Origin: Utricularia gibba | Lineage: Eukaryota; Plantae; Magnoliophyta | Assembly: GCA_002189035.1 (NCBI GenBank) | Contig: NEEC01000007.1 | Coordinates: 2,542,001 to 2,606,000, forward strand | Reading direction: 5' to 3' | Length of the DNA: 64,000 bases | Shown here: positions 11,292-25,094 of the stretch, one piece after another | How the letters are laid out: every line of letters begins with the position of its first letter | How positions within the stretch are numbered: position 1 is the stretch's first letter | Translations under genes and position numbers: made by a program | The notes under the pieces: model-generated | Seen by the model: the letters and a program-made list of their open reading frames with translations, nothing else | What the model was told of the DNA's origin: nothing | Database searches by the model: none

Positions 11292-13637
11292 ATGGTTGCG
11301 GTTCAAGGAGAGGAGCAATGTGTGCCTGCAAGTCCTTTCTCCCGGCTCATGCATACACCCAACTTCAATCTCAATGTCATCACCATCATGGGCTTGAGCT
11401 GCACTCTGGATGTCGACTGGGTCAAGCACTCTATTTCCCAGAGCCTTGCGAAGCATCCCCGCTTCTCCAGTCTCCTTGTGAGAACTCGCTTTCTGCACTG
11501 TCTATGCAACATGCTTTCTGATGTTCATCCGTTGTGCAGGTTGTCGAGGACGAAGCCAAGTATAAAATGTCGTGGAAGCCGACAGAAGTGAACATCGACG
11601 ATCATGTGTTGGCGCCGGATTTGGATCCGGAGATTGAACACGAAAAGGGCGACAAATTTGTCGATGAGTTCATTACAAAAGTGGCTCAGACCCAATGGAT
11701 CTCTCGAAGCCTCTCTGGGAGCTTTACCTGCTGAATGTGAAAACCAGCAACTCCGTCTCCACTGCGGTGCTGAAGCTCCACCACTCCATCGGCGACGGGG
11801 TTTCACTTATTTCTATTCTCTTAGCTTGTGGGAGAAGGATCTCTGATCCCGAAGCTCTCCCAGTGCTTCCCACAAACAAAAAGCGCCCTCCTCAAGCAGG
11901 GAAAAAGAGAGCGTTCATCAGCTTTTTCTTTTCACTCATTTGGAGATTCATCTTGATGATCCATTACACACTACTGGATACCATGGAGTTCTTCGCTACT
12001 GTTTTTATACGTAAAGATTCAAACCCCATCAAAGGGGAAAAAGGGATCGAGCACTCTTCGAAGAAATTCGTCCATAGAGTTCTCAACTTGGAGGATGTGA
12101 AGCTTATCAAGAATTCAATGAACTCAGTGAGCACGCTGACCGTCTTCCCTGTTCTCCCCAACTCTTTTCACTTTGAAATCAATGTTTTTGTTTTTAGCTG
12201 CAACCCTCACCTCACCTAATCTACGCTTTCATGTTTATTTGTCTGTGACATTCTCAGACTGTTAATGATGTGATGTTTGGGATAACAAACGCAGCTCTCA
12301 GCCATTATATTCATAGGAGATACACCTCCGGCGACCCACCTCCAAAAACTGGTACGTTACACTCACCCCATTTCTACACAAGATTCATTATTTTTTGTGG
12401 GTCGAAATACCAGATCTGGTGATATAATTCACAAATAATCAGGGCTGCAGTAAAATCATGAAACCCAAGCCACTTTATTTGTGACCCCATCCACCGAATT
12501 TCATTTGTCCACGTCTATTATGACTGTGGCACTTGCTTCCTCAACGAATCTCAGTCCTTGTACACCTTATCATTCATTTTTCTTTTTATCACAGAGGATG
12601 GAAAAGTTCAAACAGCGGTTTCATTGAAATCGATGGGCATTCGCGGGGTTGCAGCTTACAACATGAGGCCATCTGCAACAGTTCAAGTTCGTAATGTCAT
12701 TGTGTTAGCTTGATCTTTGTCTTGGAGAGAGAAATGTCGCTCTCAGGCGGGTTTTCTTTTACTTGAATTTGAGCAGGATGCGTACGAAGTAATGCAGCGC
12801 AGAAATGATTTGGACTTGAAGATATGGGGGAACATGGTGAGCTTCATATTACTTCCTCTCAAGCTGCGTCTGCATCAAGATCCCTTATCTTACATTCGCG
12901 ACGCAAGCGTTGTCATGAACAAGAAGAAGCTCTCGTACCAGTGCATCATCGAGTACCACATTGTCAAGATGCTCATCAAGATCCTCGGAATGATGGTAAT
13001 CATTTATATTTAATACGTTCGTTCCCCTTGTGCAAAATCAACCCTTTTTTTTTCTTTAAAAACAACTGCATCTATTTCAGAAAACTGCCTTTGTGGTGAA
13101 TGCGTTTCTATCCAACGTCACCTTCGCGTTCTCCAGCGTGATGGGCCCTAAGGATGAAATCAGCTTCTTCGGGTACCCACTCACCTACCTCGCCCCCACT
13201 GTCTATGGATTCCCCGTGGTAAGTTCTCCTCGGTTACTCAGTTGATTCGTCGAAAATTGTTTGTCGGTTTGTCCAAGTTAAGACAGTGATGTAGCTCCCC
13301 ACCGTTACAACTTGCATTTCATGTGTGATGCCAATGGGATTGGCATCTTAAATGCGAACCATCTATTCATCTTAAAGAAGCAACAGCTGTGGGTGCATAT
13401 CATTGACTGAATTCAGGGCTATTTCATGTCTGTTTTCTCACTGTCACTTGGTGGCCTTTGCGTCTGTGGGTGCAGTCCATACTGATCCATTTCCAGAGCT
13501 ACGCGAACAAGCTGATAGTGTCAATGGCGCTGGATGAGAAGCTGTTCCCAGATCCACACCAGCTGTGTGATGATTTTCAGAACTCGCTTCAAATGATCAA
13601 GGAGGCTGCCGTAAGGAAAGATGCCCATCAAAAGTAA
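11292..13637 (+). CDS. WSD1-like: O-acyltransferase WSD1-like (wax ester synthase/DGAT), copy 1; 1-nt frameshift in exon 2 as assembled
   Basis: Seven GT-AG exons: 11292-11477, 11540-12126, 12258-12351, 12595-12686, 12777-12995, 13081-13218, 13476-13637. Motifs HPRFSS, PLWELY, catalytic HHSIGDG, TVNDV, FFGYPLTYLAP, IHFQSY, DPHQLCDDF. Exon 2 is 587 nt versus 588 nt in copy 2. Confidence 0.92.
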
Positions 13638-15249
13638 TCAACTCCAATTTCAAAAATGTACATTTTCATCACTACCTTCTTCTGTTCAAAGTAAATTCAT
13701 TTCATTTGTATTCGTACTGCATAATTAAATCACGAATACACATGAAAAGCATACTGTTTGGATGAAAGAGGTCTTGCTGTTTAAGCATCACATTTGCATG
13801 GTTGCACCTCAAAGCTTCTTCGAGTGTTGCAAAACAGCTGGACACCACTGCCAACGTGTTTGAAAGGAGTGATCTGGGGATCATTTAGATGCATTTTATT
13901 TTATGTATAAAGATAAAACATTTCTATTATCTGTGGCTAGTTTTCTTACATAATGTATGAGAAATCATCACATTTATAATTCATCTGTGATTGAGTCTAG
14001 GGCCCAAATTTTGAGAGCATGTAAATTGGCCCCCGATGTTCAAAATGTGCATAATCACATTTGTAATTTTCAACAATTTCCCTAATTTTATAATTTTTAG
14101 TCCTTGCTTTCTAAACCACTACGTCATTAGCGACACTAATGAAATTCTTGAAGGATCAAATTGAGCTTGAGAAATATTTTTCATAAAATAAAAGCGAAGT
14201 CTTTGTAACAAAATATTTGAAAAAATGTATTATTAGTGGAAAAATTATGTGGTTAATGAGACTGTAACATGCCCTGACCTTCCCTCCCCTCCGATCAGGG
14301 AAACTGGGCTGCTTCTGTGCATGTGTTGGGCATCAATCTGGGGTACGAATGCTAATAAAAGCTGCCTCTTAGATGTCGTCATCGTCATCGTGCACTATAT
14401 CACTTGATGGAGACGCATGCTTTGGTGGATCAGGATCAGGGTGAAGGATAGACATCCTTGCAAAAGCAAAAGCAGCTAAATGGACAGCCTCTCTTCGAAC
14501 CTCCCCTTGGGCTTGGAGTTGGGGCTCCACTTTATTGTAAATCAAACAGTAAAAAGAAGAAAAATATCAAAACATCAAGCACGTTAAACGTTGTTCTAAA
14601 GCATTTGTCAACTCTTCATAATTCAAGTGATCTGCGAGAACTCTCACTCCTTTAATAATAGTGATATGGGATATCCATCCTTTTTTTAATATATTATTCC
14701 AACACACTTTGTTTTTTTCAACTCGATTGGGAGAGGTGTTGAGGGATGATTGCGTTGTTGCCGGGTGATCGACCATCCATGCCCTTGAGTGTGAGGGATC
14801 ATTTAGAAAAATGACCATTTTCATTTTTTACTTGTACTCTACTGTAAAAAATTAATACTGAGAATAATTTCTTTTGTTTTCATCAAAACTTCCCCTCAGA
14901 TGCCGCATTGATTTATGGCTCTCTAACATTGCACTCTTTGGTTTTGCTACTAGCATCCTCGCTTTGTCTCCTTTCTTCATGTTAGAAATCACCTCTCCTT
15001 CCTTCAGATTCATCTTCTCTGTTCGAGACGTGTCTGGTTCAAAATTGTTGTCGGCGGGGTGTTCTCTTTTTTAATTCTTGCATTATCTCCTCAGACAAAA
15101 AAATAAAAAGATTCACATTGTGTTGTCTGTTCGATTCTAATATGTAGACATCATCTTTGTTTGTTTTTCATTGGGTGGTCCACTTTTCTCTTCCCTAACT
15201 GCTACCATGTGTTTTGACATTTGAAAAGATTGTGCTCCTTCTTCCATCT

Positions 15250-16350
15250 TATCCTGCCTACTTTAAATTGCATGGCATATCAGTTGTAACAAATAAAATG
15301 GCTGGACCCCAACATTTGGTGCAACTCTTACTAATCAACCACAATATTGAGGTATATGCTAAATACTTGATTTATTCTATATTTGATACGAAATACAAGT
15401 TCATACAAAAATCGCAAAAGACTCGAATTTACATCTGAATCATGCAATTTGATAACATAAAATGTGTGTCCTCAGTTGATCAATGAGCTTCTTGGATACT
15501 AACTACTCTCAAGTCATTGAGTTTGCAATTCAAAACAACTTGTATATCATCCTTTTCATCTGCATACCATACATAGTGAAAATGTATAGAACACAAGGAT
15601 TGTAATTTTGAACAAGGATTGGAGCAAACTCAAATTATCTTTGATATCAAGCATGTGATGGAAGGTTAGAAATAGACATAATATTAGGTTTTTGTCCAAT
15701 AGATGAATTGCGAAAAGGTTACTCATGAAAATGTATCTGGGGTCATACCAAATGACTATAAACAAAGAGGCAACAAATGATATATAGTATGAATAGCAAT
15801 TGTTAAAGATTGCATGATAATGAACTTTTAAATACTAAATGAACATCTACAAGGGGATTGCAATGAATTCAAAAGAAGAGATACTACAATAGATGTTGAC
15901 ATAAAATAAAATATTATCTATGATAACGATGATTGTTCCATGTGACTTATGTCATTAAGAGTAGAATGAAACATGTGAGATGCAAATTATTAATTTGGAG
16001 AGATGAGTGTCATAGAATGTTAACTTTAATACAGACTGAGAAATTAATAATATATTATGAATCATAGAGAATTTAAATTGGTGATAGGTTATATGCAAAG
16101 AATGTCAAGGCTAGGATAAATAATTTCTTCATCCTTTGCTCTAATGCAAAGATGTGAAAATTTTTTGGAATCATTTGGAATGATAAAATGGTATCAACTT
16201 GTATCCTTCATAAGTCAACATGATAAATGAATATTACCACACAAGGGATGTGATTGAATGTTATAAAAATTATTTTATATGCTACATTATAGGTTATTGG
16301 GAATCGAAGAAATGCTTAACAATTAAAATAAGTTCAATATTCATTATTAA
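15250..16350. mobile_element. Possible heavily decayed transposon remnant between the WSD copies
   Basis: A/T-skewed, formerly coding-like texture with no intact frame. The family is not identifiable by eye. Confidence 0.2.
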
Positions 16351-16710
16351 AATTACTAAAGAAAATACAATTTATAAGCTATTAATATATACGAATACGA
16401 GATAATAATAATATATAAATAAATATTTATACATTAATTATTTTAAATAATAATTTAAATTTTGAACTCCTAATTAGCTCTTTTTATGCTAAAAATAAAA
16501 ATATGTATGAAAATCATGAAAAAAACAAGGATTTCTTATTTTCCTTGTTTCTTACAAAGTAAATTTTCACTAATAGAGATATTCTGCTCCAAAAGACTTT
16601 GAGATGAATTATTATAGTCATTTAGAAAAAATGGATAAGGGCACCTTTTTCACATACTAAGTTAAAAAAATTATACTACAAACAGACTATTTTCTAATAT
16701 AATATCTGAG

Positions 16711-16731
16711 ATATATATATATATATATATA
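16711..16731. repeat. (AT)10 microsatellite
   Basis: Read directly from the sequence. Confidence 0.95.
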
Positions 16732-17891
16732 ATTCAGAGTACACTTTGGATTTCCAATCAGATACATAACCCGAATATGGTGAACCAGTTTACTCGTTTA
16801 TTAAAAAATATATATGTTAAATATTATTATACAAAGTATAAGCTGATTTTAATAAAAATTAGCATATTAATATGCTATAAGAATAAAATTTGAAATAACT
16901 TCAATATAAAATCAATGAATACATATATTAATTATAAAAAATAAAAATAATATTACATTCAAATTATCTAAGTTCAATATAAGTATCAAACAAAATAACA
17001 TTATAAACAAGATAGTTCAATGAAGATATAATTGTTAATAATCCATTTAATCTTCATTTGAACTCATGTTGCTCATTTGTAGCTAAAACAATAAAGATCC
17101 AAATTATCATCATCTCCTATCATTAATCCTTAAAATTCTTAAACTCAATGTCATAAAAAAAAACATGTTTTTCTAAATAATTTTAAACTCAATGTCTACA
17201 TAAACATTCTCCCTATGTTTAAATGGATTGATAGAAAACACAAAAAGAAAACAATGTGATAAATGACGCAACTTGAAATTAAATTTTTAGAAATTTGATA
17301 ATTTTATTGATTAACTGACCCGTTTTTTCCGGGTAACGGTGCAACCCGGTGAGTTACCCTTCTGGTTTGAAAGCATAGGAGTACAGAAGAGCATGTTGGC
17401 TGGCTCCTCCATGATAACTTCACAATAAACAAAGACGTGTAAATCTAAAAATGGTGACTGGATTCTGAAAAGAAAAGACCCTGAGTTGACATCCCAACCT
17501 ACTACACACACCAACAGATGTCTTGGCCTATAAATGTGCAATGCCCCAGTTGCCTTTCCAACGCCCGCCATTCAATGCAGTTTGCATATTTTATGTCTAT
17601 GTTGTGATCTAATTATTCGTGCTGCATATTTTATTTGCTTTGACTTCTTCTTGATCTCCATCCGCCCACACCATTCATGGTTTTTTTTTTCTTTTTATAT
17701 TGCTTCTGGTCGAACGCAACAGGAAACACCAATCCGGGCATTTAAGAGAGGCCACTCCTGGAGCCACACATTACGTGAATTTCCCAACTAACCATTCGGG
17801 CACTTATGGCATCTACTTCTTCCTCATCTGCATTGCTTCTTCACTCCTGTATAAAACATGGTGGTGAAGATGGAGGAGATTGCATCACAAA

Positions 17892-19909
17892 ATGGTTTCT
17901 GTCGAAGGGGAAGACCAGTCTGTGCCTGCGAGTCCATTTTCCCGGCTCATGCACACGGCCAACTTCAATCTCAGCGTCATTACTGTCATGGGTTCCAATA
18001 TGACTTTGGATGTCAACTGGCTCAAGCATTGTGTGTCCCAGAGTCTTGCTAAGCATCCCCGCTTCTCCAGTGTCCTTGTGAGTGCTGTGTGTCTGTGTTT
18101 TCTGTGGTACTTGTGATGTTCTTAACGAGTTTCTGTGTAGGTTTACGAGAACGAAGCCAAGCATACGATGTCCTGGAGGCCGGTGGAAGTGAACGTCGAC
18201 GATCACGTGTTTGTTCCGGATTTGGATCCGGAGATGGAGCACGTGAAAGGAGACAAGATCGTCGATGAGTTCATCACGAAAGTGGCGCAGATCCCAATGG
18301 ATCTCTCGAAGCCTCTCTGGGAGCTCTACGTGCTGAATGTGAAAACCAGTAACTCCGTCTCCACGGCGGTGCTGAAGCTCCACCACTCCATTGGCGACGG
18401 AGTTTCTCTGATTTCGATTCTCTTAGCTTGTGGGAGAAGAGTCTCAGACCCCGAAGCTCTTCCCGTTCTTCCCTCAAGCCAGAAACGTCCGGTTAAATCA
18501 GAGAAAAAAAGGGCATACCTCAGCTTGTTTTTCTCTCTGATTTGGAAGTTCCTTTTGATGCTTTATTACACGTTTGTGGATACTGTAGATTTCCTCTGCA
18601 CATCGTTTACTCGGAAGGACTCGAATCCCATTAAAGGAGACAAGGGAATCGAGCATACTCCCAAGCGATTCGTCCACACAGTTCTCAGCATGGACGACAT
18701 CAGGATCATCAAGAATTCAATGAACACGGTACAATGCCTTGTTCGAACCAACCTCATCATAGGCTTTCGTTGTCTTAACACACACCTAACCAATGCTTGT
18801 TTGCCCGACAACCCCCTTTTCAGACCATTAATGACGTAATGTTTGCCATAACAAACGCAGCCCTCAGTCATTACATTCACAGGACACACTATAATTCTCC
18901 AAATGGTACGCCATCTCATTATTGTTCCACTGTTGTCTGTAGTGACGAACGAAGCAGTTTCATAGAAAAATATAAAAAGCAACTCTTTCCCATCTAAATA
19001 TCTTCTTTGTTGCAGATGACGCTGAGCTACAGAAGGTGGGCATTCGGGGAGTCGTTGCATACAACATGAGGCCATCTGCTGCAATTCAAGTATGTAATTT
19101 TCACGAACTTACACTGGTTTTCTTACATCAGTGGACTTCAATGTGGATGTTTTTTGAACGTCATTTCGGGGCACAGGACATGTACGAAGTGATGCATAAT
19201 GGGAAGCAATTGGACCTGCAAATGTGGGGAAACATGGTCGCATTCATACTGCTCCCTCTGAAGCTGCGTATTCACAAAGACCCCTTGGGGTACATTCACG
19301 AAGCACAAGCTGTCATAAACAAGAAGAAGCTCTCTTACCAGTATCTAATCGAGTATCACATTGTGAAGTTCCTTATCAACGTCCTCGGGATGAAGGTACA
19401 TTGTTGCTCTTTTCTTTTCGCCTCCGTCCTCCGTGCCCCTCTCCATAGCAATGATTCTCAAATCAAGACCTGGTCAAGCGACCCGGTCATCATCTCATTT
19501 CACGTCGATGACAACTTCTGGTTGTTCTCAGAAAGCAGCATTTATGGTGAATTCATTTTTGTCCAACGTCACGTTTACTTTCTCGAGCGTGATGGGACCT
19601 ATCGACGAGATCACCCTCTTCGGATATCCCTCACTTACCTCGCTCCAAGCGTCTACGGATTCCCCGTTGTAAGCCCAATCGCCATTGAAACTGTCATGCA
19701 TTTCATTTGGCGTTTCCTTTGAGTGACTGGTGCTGTTCCTGCAGTCAATATTGGTCCATTTCCAAAGCTACGCCAGCAAGCTGATAGTGTCGATGGCGCT
19801 CGACGAGAAGCTATTCCCAGAACCCCATCAACTGTGTGACGACTTCCGGAGCTCTCTGCAGTCAATCAAAGATGCTGTCTTGAGGAAAGAAGGCATCGAG
19901 ATGAAGTAG
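17892..19909 (+). CDS. WSD1-like: O-acyltransferase WSD1-like, copy 2; 1-nt frameshift in exon 6 as assembled
   Basis: Seven exons: 17892-18077, 18141-18728, 18824-18905, 19016-19089, 19177-19395, 19532-19668, 19745-19909. Intron positions match copy 1 and HHSIGDG is intact. Exon 6 is 137 nt versus 138 nt in copy 1. Confidence 0.92.
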
Positions 19910-20389
19910 GCTCTGGGGTTGTTCAGGATTACACAATAAAATTGTACTCACTTTCTCTGCTTTATTTATTTGTTTGTTTCCAGTTCGATGTTCTGGATTC
20001 TGATGTTAACATCGAAATTGGGAGTTCAAAAACCCTGTAGAAATTCAAATTTCACACCAACCAAAACTGTTCTCCTCCAGAAGCCTTCCATGCGAGAGGA
20101 TTAACACCACAGAGGAGAGATTTCTGTTTCAGGCCAGATCACCTTGAGCTCCATATTTTTCTGATTGGGCCGAGACGGGCCGGGCCGACCAATACCCACG
20201 AGTCCGGTCGCATGGACCGGCAGGGTGAATAAGGTTTAAAAAAATGATGACCAAATACACCTTATTAGCGTTCAAAAAAAAAGGTACAAATAAATAACAC
20301 AAACGCTAACCTTGAAAAATAAAAATAAATAAATAAAATTGGAGTAGTTAGTGCCAAGAAAGTGTATCGAACGAGACTCGATACTTTAT

Positions 20390-20650
20390 TAGGGATTGAA
20401 GATAGGATAATCCAAACCAGAAACCGAACCGATAACTGAATAAGTTTATAAATTGATAATTTAAATCAAATCTTATTTAAAACGAAAATGCATAAACTTT
20501 ATTAAATTATTTAAAAATGATTAATTCGATATATAACTGAATTAACCGATGATCAATTTATGCCAAATTTCACTGATCAAAACGGAACCGAATTTTTCAA
20601 TTTAGATTCGTTGTGATTCGTTTAATCCATTTTTTTTGGTTATTAACCTA
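20390..20650. mobile_element. Degenerate AACCG-rich MITE-like element
   Basis: Starts taggg and ends accta, with repeated aaccgaaccg/aaacggaaccg subterminal motifs. TIRs are weak and there is no TSD. Confidence 0.3.
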
Positions 20651-22791
20651 AATTTGCTGAGTCCTTTTTCGGAGATTCTTTTTCACATGCAAAAAAATTA
20701 CACTGAGACCTACAAATCTCCTTCATGTTGCGATGTTACGAGGACCATGTTGCATGCAGATGACGTAAGTGATTGGATCGGACGCCTATCTTTTTTGTAA
20801 GGCCCAGAGACGTGCAAGCTTTGGAAATGGGCAGATGTCATCTAGGGCATCCGCCATTGTTGGTATCGTGCATGCTTGACAGGTGGTAATCTTTGGGCGC
20901 TTGAGTGTATTATAAAAGTGAATACTATATTTTGAATGTGTGAAAAAACAATCAATTTATTTTGAAAAATTTGTTCTCAAGCTCATTAAGATTAGGATTA
21001 CACTCATATATTCAACTGATTTTTGAGATCGAGATAGTTTAATCATTTAGAACAATATGTTATGTGAATGAGGTTTTGATTGTTTTTCTTTTGTCTGTGT
21101 TTGATTTACAACAGAAATAAATTGATTGTTTAGAGAGAATAATCCATCATCGATTGATTATTATTGTTACATTTTGATAAAAATTAATCTTCATTTTTTA
21201 ATGTTCACTAATGTAATCTGTCCCATTGTTTTACGTGTCGAATATAATTAGCTTCTTAAGTTTGGTGTATCAAGTCTGATTTTAATAAAATTAATCTCCA
21301 AAGATCAGAGATTATTTATGTCAAATCATTTACGTAAATAGTGAATATTAAATTATTGTGAATAATTTTTTTAAATAATGAATATCCATTTTATCATTAT
21401 TTTGAAACATTAGAAATTAATTATATCAACATTTAAAAAATGTGAATTAGCATTAAAATAACAAAAATTATTTTAATAATTTTCATAAATAATGAAAACT
21501 AATTACGGCAAACACCCACGAGTGTTGGGCGGCGCTTAGCGGTTATTTCTTGTGCTTCTATTTTTTTAATTTTAATATAATGTTCCTTTCCTAATTTCCA
21601 CACGTTTTTATTTGAAAAAAAATACTATTTTATAATTTAAAAATTACAATGAAGCCCACCATACTCCAACCAATAAGTCACGAAAACAAGGCAAATATGA
21701 CAAAGAAAAAAAATACTTCGCATCATTTTATTTAGAAGATGATTTCTGAACCCCATCTTAACAATGAGAAATATTTGTCACCTCTTTTGGGTAAATACAA
21801 CCAGAATCATAAATTAAAGAGAAGCCGATAATGAAAGAAGAGTTTTTTTTTTTTTTTTTCTGTTGAACTCAAGAGATACAAAATACTAGACTTGAGTTTT
21901 TAAAACGAAAAACTATTTTGAAATTAAAGATAAGAGAAATTAAACTTAATTGATTATTAATTATTCCTAATTTATTACATAATTGATTATTTCACTTTCA
22001 AATATGGATATGAGAATACTTGTTCTAATAAACCAAAGTTTCATTGTAGAATTTCAGGAAGGAAAATTCCAAAGGTTCGTCAAAGTGAGCCAGCGGAGTT
22101 TGTGGATTCAGTCATTGAAGACGAGGGTGGCAGCGTTAGATGGATGGAGATTTTTTCTCCATTCAGATCAAAACTCTATTATTTGTTGAATTTGACTTGA
22201 TGATGCATGTAGTCATTGTTGAGTCTCTGAGTTGCTTATTTCCACTAGCAGACATTGAGTGATGCTTGACTTCTTTCTCCGGTTCCAATCTTGACCCATT
22301 CGCCAGGTTCCCTCGTTAAAATTTCATGTGTTCTTCTTCCATCATCTGTGTGGATTTGATCGGGCGAAGCAGACATGATGCGTTCTGTGTTAGAACAAAA
22401 ACTGAAAGCTGTCTGAATCAAGGATAATATCTATTTATCAGCAAATTTGGATGGCATAGAAGATGACTCATCTTAAAATCACTGTGTTAGAGAAGACATC
22501 TGAATCGTTGATTTCTTGGTGTAATCCACTATGTTTTTTCTGGTGCTGGTCTGAAGCAATCTAGTGATTAAATATGGGACTGGTGTGCATGGTTACGTCC
22601 ACACAAGGCCTGTGAAAAGAGTTCCGGGGAGGGAACAGACACCAATAATTTTCGTGTGTGTTGTAGCAGTCATAATAATTATAAGATGGGACTTTTGTGT
22701 TTCAAGATTCCGGGTCCAATACATTATTTTACAGATCGTGGATAAGCTCTTGGTGTGCTGCTGCTTTCAACTCCAAAGGTTGAACCAGCAA

Positions 22792-22822
22792 CCCCAACCC
22801 CCCCAACCCCAACCCCAACCCC
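22792..22822 (-). repeat. (CCCCAA)n / (TTGGGG)n tract; G-quadruplex-type motif on the minus strand
   Basis: Five C tracts of 4-7 nt separated by AA: 22792-95, 22798-804, 22807-10, 22813-16, 22819-22. Confidence 0.85.
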
Positions 22823-23494
22823 ACCTGCTGAAGCCAGTCCCAGTCATCTTCGGCACACATCCTCACACTTCTCCTTGCCCTTCATATTAGAACAACCAAC
22901 GTTGAAATTTAAGATCAGATTAATTAAATGAGCATATGTGAATTCAAATTCAAGTATATAATAAACATGAATTATATTAAAAAATATTAAATTTAATCGA
23001 TTACTTAATCTACAATATCTTATATATCTTATTATTTTACTTTTAAATTCTCATATAATATCGTTTATTATAATAATCAATACTACATTTGAATTTAAAA
23101 ATAAAATAATCAAATATATAATAATTTATTAATGAATAGTTTGTATCTAAGATTTTTTTATTTGAATATTTTCTAATTTAATTTACGTTTTATTGTATAA
23201 TTGTATTTTACGTTTTCTCGTCCAATACTTAATTTCAACACTTCAAACTCCTCATACCTACGTCAACGCCGTATCGGACTCCACCACCCGCTACCCTTTC
23301 GAACATCGTTTCTTTGTTGCCTTATTTCATCATCCAGGATTGCGTATTTGCACCTAACTTATCAGGGTTGGAGTACACATGTGGGTTGAATCCCGACTTC
23401 TGTTCTGTGGGATCTACTTGTTTTGAATGCGAACTTGAGAGGAATTAGAATACAATCCAGCATTAAAAGAAGAAGAAGGGGTGTAAAGGTTACA

Positions 23495-25094
<1,600 letters not shown>

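Noticed and set aside
17311-17360. GC-rich partial palindrome resembling a Helitron 3' hairpin
   Set aside because: No CTAG terminus at the expected distance and no matching 5' end found.
17841-19084. Antisense ORFs (17841-18386, 18566-19084) over WSD copy 2, and similar ones over the TLP and acidic-protein genes
   Set aside because: They coincide with GC-rich exons of real genes on the other strand and run through their introns. Treated as shadows.
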